35,533 nucleotides of DNA from an uncultured virus (IMG/VR IMGVR_UViG_3300027741_000038). Taxonomy: Duplodnaviria > Heunggongvirae > Uroviricota > Caudoviricetes. Shown in pieces: positions 29,715-35,095 of the stretch (its first letter is position 1; the number at the start of each line of letters is the position of its first letter). Where the stretch lies: IMG/VR virus record IMGVR_UViG_3300027741_000038; one strand, written 5' to 3'. The notes below the pieces were generated by a model. The model saw nothing but the letters and a program-made list of their open reading frames with translations, ran no database searches and was not told the DNA's origin. Made by a program: the position numbers and the translations under genes.

Positions 29715-29740
29715 AACACTCTTTCTGACTTGTTTTTGAT

Positions 29741-29758
29741 AGTATATCATGATAGACT
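29741..29758. promoter_or_regulatory. Back-to-back divergent extended -10 promoters
   Basis: Minus TGATATACT (29749-29741) and plus TGATAGACT (29750-29758) at the strand switch. Confidence 0.55.
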
Positions 29759-29791
29759 GGATAATACTACTCTTACCCCAGGAGGTTCAAA

Positions 29792-30484
29792 ATGAACAAT
29801 GAGAACAAAGTAAGGATAAGGACAGCGTTGGTTATGGTATATGTGAGCATTATCACACTGCTTTTTGGAATTAATTCTGAAGCCCACGCTCAAATGAAGG
29901 AAGCGATAGTGTATAATAAAAATATATTATATATTAATAAATTTAATAACTTAGTTAATATAAAAGATATGATTAATATAGATTATAATAATATATTAAA
30001 GAGAAAAGTCCATACAAAGACTTTTTATTTAGTTAATGATTTATCCTCTAGAGACACTTTTCAAATGCCCGATTATAGCCATGAGCTAAATCTAAAAACA
30101 ACAAGAGTAGACAAGCGGGTAATAATATCAAGATTAGCAAATGCACTCAAATCCACTGAAACAGGTGGAGCGGGAGCGTATTATCGCAAGTCTTATTCCA
30201 GCAGTGCATGCGGTGCATACCAGTACATGCCAGAAACATGGAATAACTACATGGGCTACAAAAATCCATGCAAAGCCCCAGAATGGGTACAAGACGCTAG
30301 AATAATTCATGAACTTGAATTTAACTACAAAAAGTACCATGACTGGACAAAGGTTATTGCATCACATTTAATGCCTTCTCGTGCAAACAATAAGAAAACT
30401 TGGAACAAGCCAGTTTCTGGAAATCCTACTGTTGCACAGTATGTAAATTCTGTTTTAAATAAGGCGAACTTAGTGGCTGCATAA
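29792..30484 (+). CDS. Membrane-anchored/secreted lysozyme-fold lytic transglycosylase-like protein
   Basis: N-terminal hydrophobic helix ending in AHA; catalytic-type ETGG followed by SSACGAYQYMPETW and QD; AGGAGG RBS. Confidence 0.75.
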   Translation: MNNENKVRIRTALVMVYVSIITLLFGINSEAHAQMKEAIVYNKNILYINKFNNLVNIKDMINIDYNNILKRKVHTKTFYLVNDLSSRDTFQMPDYSHELNLKTTRVDKRVIISRLANALKSTETGGAGAYYRKSYSSSACGAYQYMPETWNNYMGYKNPCKAPEWVQDARIIHELEFNYKKYHDWTKVIASHLMPSRANNKKTWNKPVSGNPTVAQYVNSVLNKANLVAA

Positions 30485-30726
30485 TGCGGATTCAAGTCTT
30501 TTCAGAATATTTACAATTAGCGCAGGCGGGGAAGGTAAACTTCCTCGCCTGTCCTATGCATCAACAAGAAGAAGCGATATTCCCGCTATCCCATAACTTG
30601 GAAGAAGATAATATCGTGCTACACTGCTATGCATGCGGTTATAAAAATACTGCAGGCTCTACTCTATATAATAATTTAATTGAACTTATAAAGGCGCAAT
30701 TGAGTGAGCCCGAAAAAATGGACTAA
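30484..30726 (+). CDS. Zn-ribbon hypothetical protein
   Basis: CPMH...CYACGY; TAATG coupling to the upstream gene. Confidence 0.7.
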   Translation: MRIQVFSEYLQLAQAGKVNFLACPMHQQEEAIFPLSHNLEEDNIVLHCYACGYKNTAGSTLYNNLIELIKAQLSEPEKMD

Positions 30727-30728
30727 CA

Positions 30729-30962
30729 ATGGCAAAAATTAATATAGAAAAGGCCTACATAGAGGCTCATAGCGACGATGAGGATAACTTTAATATAGAG
30801 ATTAGCTGTAATGGAGTTCTCGTCGGAAAGAGCCCTCTAAGCCCCGCAAAATGGCTATTTACCACAACCAATGATGACGGAGATCTGGTAATTAATAATT
30901 CGGCGGGAATGGAAGGCTCAAAATGGGATCATATAACAAGAGAGATTATAGGCAATGGGTAA
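30729..30962 (+). CDS. Hypothetical protein, 77 aa
   Basis: Tightly packed ORF. Confidence 0.65.
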   Translation: MAKINIEKAYIEAHSDDEDNFNIEISCNGVLVGKSPLSPAKWLFTTTNDDGDLVINNSAGMEGSKWDHITREIIGNG

Positions 30963-31191
30963 TATAAAAGACGAATTAGACGATACTGACGCTATTCTGG
31001 ATATATTAGATAATATAAGAGAGCTAGTTGGTGCAATATTTATCCAATCCCAGCGAAATTATGATATGTTAGCTTTGATTGGTGAGAAACTAGGTGCTGA
31101 TGTTGATTCTATGTTATTTAAGCACCAACAAGGACAAGTCCTTGCTCCCCCGCCTTCTTTTTTAATTGAAGATGAGCAAAATGAGAGCTAA
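30955..31191 (+). CDS. Acidic hypothetical protein, 78 aa
   Basis: Overlapping, operon-style ORF. Confidence 0.7.
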   Translation: MGNIKDELDDTDAILDILDNIRELVGAIFIQSQRNYDMLALIGEKLGADVDSMLFKHQQGQVLAPPPSFLIEDEQNES

Positions 31192-31300
31192 ATCTCAAAA
31201 ATTATGCAAACATGCCTATAAAATGTCTGTATGTCCATGTAGAAAAGCAAAAAAGACTACTTTCTGGCATAAAATAAAATTATTTTTACTAAAAGTGTGA
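31181..31300 (+). CDS. Possible basic 39-aa peptide
   Basis: Hand translation MRAKSQKLCKHAYKMSVCPCRKAKKTTFWHKIKLFLLKV; overlaps the upstream stop; weak RBS. Confidence 0.4.
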   Translation: MRAKSQKLCKHAYKMSVCPCRKAKKTTFWHKIKLFLLKV

Positions 31301-31352
31301 TATAGATCACAATATAAACATAGAATATTGTAAATATGTGATCTAAGTCACA
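31296..31352. promoter_or_regulatory. Two perfect CRP-type boxes 41 bp apart
   Basis: TGTGAtatagaTCACA (31296-31311) and TGTGAtctaagTCACA (31337-31352). Confidence 0.7.
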
Positions 31353-31606
31353 CTTTTATGTTCTTTTAGGTGATTTGATAGTGTCATATGGGCAAATTTA
31401 GATCTAGAAGCTATCTCCTTCTTACATATATCACATATAACTATTCTCATACTGCTATTCTAGCAGTTCCCGCCTCTTTTTGTCCAATATAAGTTACTAG
31501 TGAGTATTTTTACTTTTGATCAAAATGTTAATGGAGTTTTAATTTGTATGATTCCACTTTTAAAACTCTTTTTTTAAAAAAAATAGAGCGCACATAAAGG
31601 TCAAAT

Positions 31607-31662
31607 CGGACATATTGCACGCTATGTGTTCTATATCACATAAATAATGTCCAATATGTCCG
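31607..31662. promoter_or_regulatory. CRP-type box flanked by an 11-bp inverted repeat
   Basis: CGGACATATTG (31607) / TGTGTtctataTCACA (31625-31640) / CAATATGTCCG (31652-31662). Confidence 0.6.
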
Positions 31663-31671
31663 TGTTGGTGC

Positions 31672-31700
31672 TTGATTTTTCCAATTTAGTATGCTAGTAT
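31672..31700 (+). promoter_or_regulatory. Housekeeping-sigma-type promoter
   Basis: TTGATT-N17-TAGTAT with a TGn extension, upstream of an AAGGAG RBS. Confidence 0.5.
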
Positions 31701-31750
31701 TCTACTATAAAGAAAATCAAGAAAGGTTCTTGATAAAGAAAGGAGTTCTA

Positions 31751-31909
31751 ATGAACTCACTATATAATCCAGCGGATAGCCTTAAGCCTATCCTACACTT
31801 CCCGTCTAAAGATGGTAGTTGCTTCTACTGTAACGAAAAAATCACTTTCGTTAGAGGTCTAAATCGCTATATGGGCGATACTAGTATCCGTTGCAAGGAG
31901 GCTAAGTAA
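31751..31909 (+). CDS. Small Cys-containing early protein, 52 aa
   Basis: The AAGGAG RBS selects the ATG at 31751; contains CFYC...C. Confidence 0.7.
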   Translation: MNSLYNPADSLKPILHFPSKDGSCFYCNEKITFVRGLNRYMGDTSIRCKEAK

Positions 31910-32016
31910 TGATTGTGAGAATAATCACATCTCTAGTCCAATTAGCCTTAGCGTGTGTTGTCATACCCCTATGCTATGCTATCTACCTTGACATAAAAGA
32001 AATGAGAAATGACTAA
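31909..32016 (+). CDS. 35-aa single-helix membrane peptide
   Basis: MIVRIITSLVQLALACVVIPLCYAIYLDIKEMRND; AGGAGG RBS; TAATG coupling at both ends. Confidence 0.6.
   Translation: MIVRIITSLVQLALACVVIPLCYAIYLDIKEMRND
31914..31980 (+). promoter_or_regulatory. Perfect CRP-type box plus TGTCAT-N10-TATGCT promoter, both inside an ORF
   Basis: TGTGAgaataaTCACA at 31914-31929; TGTCAT at 31959; TATGCT at 31975. Confidence 0.6.
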
Positions 32017-32159
32017 TGGCTTATACATACTCTTGGGAAATTAAATCTACTCTTGACCCCCGTGACTTTATCACATGGGAGATAGATGAGGAGCCTGAAT
32101 CAGAGTCAGACTCTTTATTCATACCCACCCCTGATTTTGACCCAGACGAAATCCTATAG
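32016..32159 (+). CDS. Acidic 47-aa peptide
   Basis: MAYTYSWEIKSTLDPRDFITWEIDEEPESESDSLFIPTPDFDPDEIL; TAATG coupling. Confidence 0.6.
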   Translation: MAYTYSWEIKSTLDPRDFITWEIDEEPESESDSLFIPTPDFDPDEIL

Positions 32160-32170
32160 ATTTGACACAA

Positions 32171-32192
32171 TGTCAGACCCTAGTGCTATACT
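32171..32192 (+). promoter_or_regulatory. Early-type promoter TGTCAG-N10-TATACT
   Basis: TGTCAG accctagtgc TATACT; TTGACA also present at 32162. Confidence 0.75.
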
Positions 32193-32229
32193 AGGAAAAT
32201 AACCACCTAATAGAAAAGGAAAAGAAACA

Positions 32230-32397
32230 ATGACAGTAGCAAATAAGACATACCAAATTGGCGACCTCTTTACTACACAGCGTAGTAATGTTACAGGAAC
32301 AATCACCGAAATTATCCCAGTTACAGAAACACGCACCCGTGTAAAATTGTCGCTAGATAATGGCGATTATCGCTGGACTACAGTTACAATTAAGTAA
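32230..32397 (+). CDS. 55-aa beta-rich protein, paralogue 1
   Basis: MTVANKTYQIGDLFTTQRSNVTGTITEIIPVTETRTRVKLSLDNGDYRWTTVTIK; AAAGGA RBS; clear paralogue of the next gene. Confidence 0.8.
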   Translation: MTVANKTYQIGDLFTTQRSNVTGTITEIIPVTETRTRVKLSLDNGDYRWTTVTIK

Positions 32398-32402
32398 CAC
32401 AA

Positions 32403-32430
32403 TATCCTGAGCATGATACAAAAAGGCTCA
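32403..32430 (+). ncRNA. Candidate H-type pseudoknot, copy 1
   Basis: P1 TATC/GATA; loop CTGAGCAT pairs with GCTCA after an A-rich linker. Confidence 0.4.
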
Positions 32431-32463
32431 ACCCAAACCCAACAAAAGAAAAGGACATAACAA

Positions 32464-32634
32464 ATGACACTAAGCGGATACACTTACCAAATCGGAGACT
32501 TATTCACTACTAGCAAAACTGGCGTTACTGGTCGTATTGCTTCTTTCTCCCCGATTTCTAATAAAGTAACTCGTGTTAATTTAATCTTGGCAAATGGCTC
32601 ACGCCGTTTCGCTATGGTAAAAACAACTAAGTAA
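32464..32634 (+). CDS. 56-aa beta-rich protein, paralogue 2
   Basis: MTLSGYTYQIGDLFTTSKTGVTGRIASFSPISNKVTRVNLILANGSRRFAMVKTTK; AAAGGA RBS. Confidence 0.8.
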   Translation: MTLSGYTYQIGDLFTTSKTGVTGRIASFSPISNKVTRVNLILANGSRRFAMVKTTK

Positions 32635-32653
32635 AAAAAGGAAAAGAACTAAA

Positions 32654-32836
32654 ATGATGACACGCAAAGACTATGTTGCAACTGCTGAAATCTTAAATTC
32701 ATATGCCTCAGAAATTAAAATTGAAGTATATGAGGATATTGTAAATGATTTTTCTGAAATGTTTTTTTCAGATAACGATAAATTTGACTCAGATAGATTT
32801 TGGGAAGAATGCATGAAAAATCTTAATGTAGAATAA
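32654..32836 (+). CDS. MTRKDY-type small early protein, paralogue 1
   Basis: MTRKDYV...F..DN.KF...RF; paralogue of 33509..33691. Confidence 0.8.
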   Translation: MMTRKDYVATAEILNSYASEIKIEVYEDIVNDFSEMFFSDNDKFDSDRFWEECMKNLNVE

Positions 32837-32841
32837 AATAA

Positions 32842-32870
32842 AAGAGCTGAGCAACTCTTAAAACTGCTTA
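32842..32870 (+). ncRNA. Candidate H-type pseudoknot, copy 2
   Basis: P1 AAGAG/CTCTT; loop CTGAGCAA pairs with TGCTTA after AAAAC. Confidence 0.4.
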
Positions 32871-33038
32871 ATTTTTTTATTCATGATCTTGCATAAATAT
32901 GCAAAAAAAATCGACGCACTCGGGAGTGTCGCCTTACGTGTGAGATTAATCACATTTTAAGAATGTCCGATTTGCACTATAATGTCTGATAATTTACTTA
33001 ACATAACGTATGCATATGTCAGACCCCCCTGTTATACT
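32870..33038 (+). promoter_or_regulatory. Regulatory module 1: ARG-box-like pair, GTGTCG element, CRP box, TGTCAG promoter
   Basis: TTGCATAAATATGCAA at 32889-32904; TCGGGAGTGTCG at 32920-32931; TGTGAgattaaTCACA at 32939-32954; TGTCAG(33017)-N10-TATACT(33033). Confidence 0.7.
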
Positions 33039-33093
33039 AGCGACATACAATTAAATAACAATAAATAAATTCTCAAAAGAAAGGTGGTCTAAA

Positions 33094-33276
33094 ATGACTA
33101 CACTAACAATAAACACAGTATGCGTGTCGCATACCCCAAATAAAAATGCTAAATCATTTCACAATGATGTATGCTACACATTTTGCGAAATGTGTGAACA
33201 AAACATAGAAAGTTTCTATGTTGAACATGATTCAGACCGCTTAAGTTTTTGGTCGGATTGGGAGATATCTAAATGA
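33094..33276 (+). CDS. Small Zn-binding-type early protein, 60 aa
   Basis: C..H...C..CEMC; AAAGGTGG RBS. Confidence 0.75.
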   Translation: MTTLTINTVCVSHTPNKNAKSFHNDVCYTFCEMCEQNIESFYVEHDSDRLSFWSDWEISK

Positions 33277-33512
33277 GTCTCTCTCTTGCTAATAAATTGG
33301 CACAAGATAAATTCTTTCTGCCTCCTTCAAAATATATCAACCACAAAGTTGTGGAAATTCTTTCGCTAAATGATGAAACTGAAACTATGTCAGTTACACT
33401 TCAAAAATATGGAATTAGCCGTAGTGCCAATGCCGTAAAAGGTAATCTAATTACTTTAGAATTACCATATGCTGAATTCAAAAATCTAAATGGATGGGGT
33501 AAAAATAAATGA
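33273..33512 (+). CDS. Hypothetical early protein, 79 aa
   Basis: ATGA overlaps at both ends. Confidence 0.7.
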   Translation: MSLSLANKLAQDKFFLPPSKYINHKVVEILSLNDETETMSVTLQKYGISRSANAVKGNLITLELPYAEFKNLNGWGKNK

Positions 33513-33691
33513 TGACTAGAAAAGACTATGTGCAATTTGCTAACTTATTAAATTCAATACACCATGGGTTTCCCGCCCTTGATATTGATGCAAAAAGATT
33601 TATTGTAAATAATATGTGCGACATATTTGAACAAGATAACAAAAACTTTAACCGTACAAAATTTAAGGAGACAGTATATGCTGAACGATAA
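33509..33691 (+). CDS. MTRKDY-type small early protein, paralogue 2
   Basis: MTRKDYV...FEQDNKNFNRTKF. Confidence 0.8.
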   Translation: MMTRKDYVQFANLLNSIHHGFPALDIDAKRFIVNNMCDIFEQDNKNFNRTKFKETVYAER

Positions 33692-33785
33692 AGATCCATT
33701 TGGTTTTGCAGATGCAATTCAGCTTGATCATTTAACAAATGAAGAAATTCAAATCGTGTTAGAAATGTTTGGCGATAAAAACTAA
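33678..33785 (+). CDS. Acidic 35-aa peptide
   Basis: MLNDKDPFGFADAIQLDHLTNEEIQIVLEMFGDKN; AAGGAG RBS at 33665. Confidence 0.65.
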   Translation: MLNDKDPFGFADAIQLDHLTNEEIQIVLEMFGDKN

Positions 33786-33790
33786 ATAAA

Positions 33791-33965
33791 TAGTTGAAAG
33801 TTAAACTAATATGGTTTAACTTTCAACTACATTTTTGGGTCGACCCGCACTCGGGCGTGTCGCATGTGATTAAGAACACATGTGATTTTTCTCACAAATG
33901 CCACGCTCCAAATAGTGAGACAAATGCCCTTAAAAGTGGAAAATGTCAGTACGATAGGCTATAAT
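33791..33965 (+). promoter_or_regulatory. Regulatory module 2: 16-bp inverted repeat, GTGTCG element, tandem CRP boxes, TGTCAG promoter
   Basis: TAGTTGAAAGTTAAAC/GTTTAACTTTCAACTA at 33791-33829; TCGGGCGTGTCG at 33851-33862; TGTGAttaagaACACA at 33865 and TGTGAtttttcTCACA at 33881; TGTCAG(33944)-N10-TATAAT(33960). Confidence 0.7.
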
Positions 33966-33992
33966 ATCCGTATAAAGAAAGAAGGTGTCACC

Positions 33993-34208
33993 GTGACAGC
34001 AAATGTATATTCAATAGAAAACCTACTTGTAGGAAAACCTTATGTATCCCGAACAATGCGTGGAGAAATCATCAGTGCAGAAAAACACCCACAACCAATT
34101 TGGTATGAAGGTTGCGAAACCTATCTTGTAGAAATTGCACCTAATAGTGGAAGCAATACTTGGGGTCGCAAGACTTATCGCACTGTAGCGGTTAAAATCA
34201 AAGATTAA
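33993..34208 (+). CDS. Hypothetical early protein, 71 aa
   Basis: GTG start behind an AGAAGG RBS and downstream of the promoter; the track's longer start runs through the operator region. Confidence 0.75.
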   Translation: MTANVYSIENLLVGKPYVSRTMRGEIISAEKHPQPIWYEGCETYLVEIAPNSGSNTWGRKTYRTVAVKIKD

Positions 34209-34215
34209 CTAAATA

Positions 34216-34284
34216 ACGAAACAGGGGCAGTTTCGGAGAAGTTCTAGCCCAATGTCGTAAGTAAGAATCTCCACCCTACGGGGT
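34216..34284 (+). ncRNA. Candidate structured intergenic RNA
   Basis: CGAAAC/GTTTCG hairpin whose GGGC loop complements GCCC at 34247; GGAGA..TTCT/AGAA-TCTCC stem; ACCC-TACG-GGGT hairpin. Confidence 0.4.
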
Positions 34285-34289
34285 CAACT

Positions 34290-34311
34290 TGTCAGACCCC
34301 CCTGATATAAT
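34290..34311 (+). promoter_or_regulatory. Early-type promoter TGTCAG-N10-TATAAT
   Basis: TGTCAG acccccctga TATAAT. Confidence 0.75.
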
Positions 34312-34339
34312 ATAAACCTAAACAGAAAGAAGGTCAGAA

Positions 34340-34450
34340 ATGAACCTAGATGAATTCAAGGCTCACGTTATTGCACAGCGTGAAGCAAGCAAGGCAGAAG
34401 CCTTGTTAGCCCTATCCGCTACAATTAAGAAAAATGAGGGGGCTAAGTAA
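34340..34450 (+). CDS. 36-aa helical peptide
   Basis: MNLDEFKAHVIAQREASKAEALLALSATIKKNEGAK; AGAAGG RBS; contains TGTTAG-N10-TACAAT at 34404-34425. Confidence 0.65.
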   Translation: MNLDEFKAHVIAQREASKAEALLALSATIKKNEGAK

Positions 34451-34582
34451 ATGGGAAACCTACTAGATAATTTATCAAATGTATTCTTATGCGATGGGTG
34501 CGATACTCTCGCAACTGTGTCAGTGCAAGGTGATACAATAACTGTAAATAAATGCGAGTGTCAGACAAGAAAGGACAACTAA
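34451..34582 (+). CDS. 43-aa Zn-ribbon peptide
   Basis: MGNLLDNLSNVFLCDGCDTLATVSVQGDTITVNKCECQTRKDN; GAGGGG RBS; contains TGTCAG-N10-TACAAT at 34518-34539. Confidence 0.65.
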   Translation: MGNLLDNLSNVFLCDGCDTLATVSVQGDTITVNKCECQTRKDN

Positions 34583-34768
34583 ATGTCAAATATGAAAAAT
34601 GCGTTAGAGCAAATTGTAAATTGCTCAGATTGCTATGGTCAAGGCGTAACTGGCTGGGTATCTCCAGACGGCGACTATGATTTCGATTATTGCGATTGCA
34701 ACCCCTACAATATTCCCGCAGATGAAGTTGCGGAATATCATCAACTATTCGCAAGAAGCGAGGCTTAA
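34583..34768 (+). CDS. Zn-finger-like early protein, 61 aa
   Basis: CSDCYGQG...CDCNP; AAAGGA RBS. Confidence 0.8.
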   Translation: MSNMKNALEQIVNCSDCYGQGVTGWVSPDGDYDFDYCDCNPYNIPADEVAEYHQLFARSEA

Positions 34769-34770
34769 TA

Positions 34771-34980
34771 ATGTATAAAATTACTGTAACATATGATGAA
34801 AATAAATCACCTGATTTTTCTTTTCAATATGCAGATGAATTGCAAGCACACAAAGAGTTTGCAAAGTTTATTGACTGGGGATTTGCAGATAAATATTCAA
34901 CTGTAAATCTCTACACGCCATCGGGCAAATGTTACACAAAGATTTTTTATCGTGAAGGTCGCAGAGTTGTTGAAAGGTAA
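34771..34980 (+). CDS. Hypothetical early protein, 69 aa
   Basis: GAGG RBS; packed ORF. Confidence 0.75.
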   Translation: MYKITVTYDENKSPDFSFQYADELQAHKEFAKFIDWGFADKYSTVNLYTPSGKCYTKIFYREGRRVVER

Positions 34981-34984
34981 GATC

Positions 34985-35095
34985 ATGGAAAAAGTAAAGA
35001 GAATTCAAGAGTTGCGTCGCAGTAATGCTGCAACTGCAATTCCATCAAAGAAAAAATATAATCGCAAACGCAAATATAAAAATAAATTTGAATAA
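34985..35095 (+). CDS. Very basic 36-aa peptide
   Basis: MEKVKRIQELRRSNAATAIPSKKKYNRKRKYKNKFE; AAAGG RBS. Confidence 0.65.
   Translation: MEKVKRIQELRRSNAATAIPSKKKYNRKRKYKNKFE

Noticed and set aside
32403..32870. preQ1 or SAM-II riboswitch identity for the pseudoknots
   Set aside because: Similar size and topology, but the ligand-binding consensus nucleotides are not evident.
33388..34564. Further TGTCAG hexamers at 33388 and 34559 as promoters
   Set aside because: No TAnnnT at the 10-nt spacing.
32154..34754. Minus-strand ORFs 32154-32336, 33526-33738 and 34443-34754
   Set aside because: Antisense to better-supported plus-strand genes that have RBSs, promoters or paralogues.
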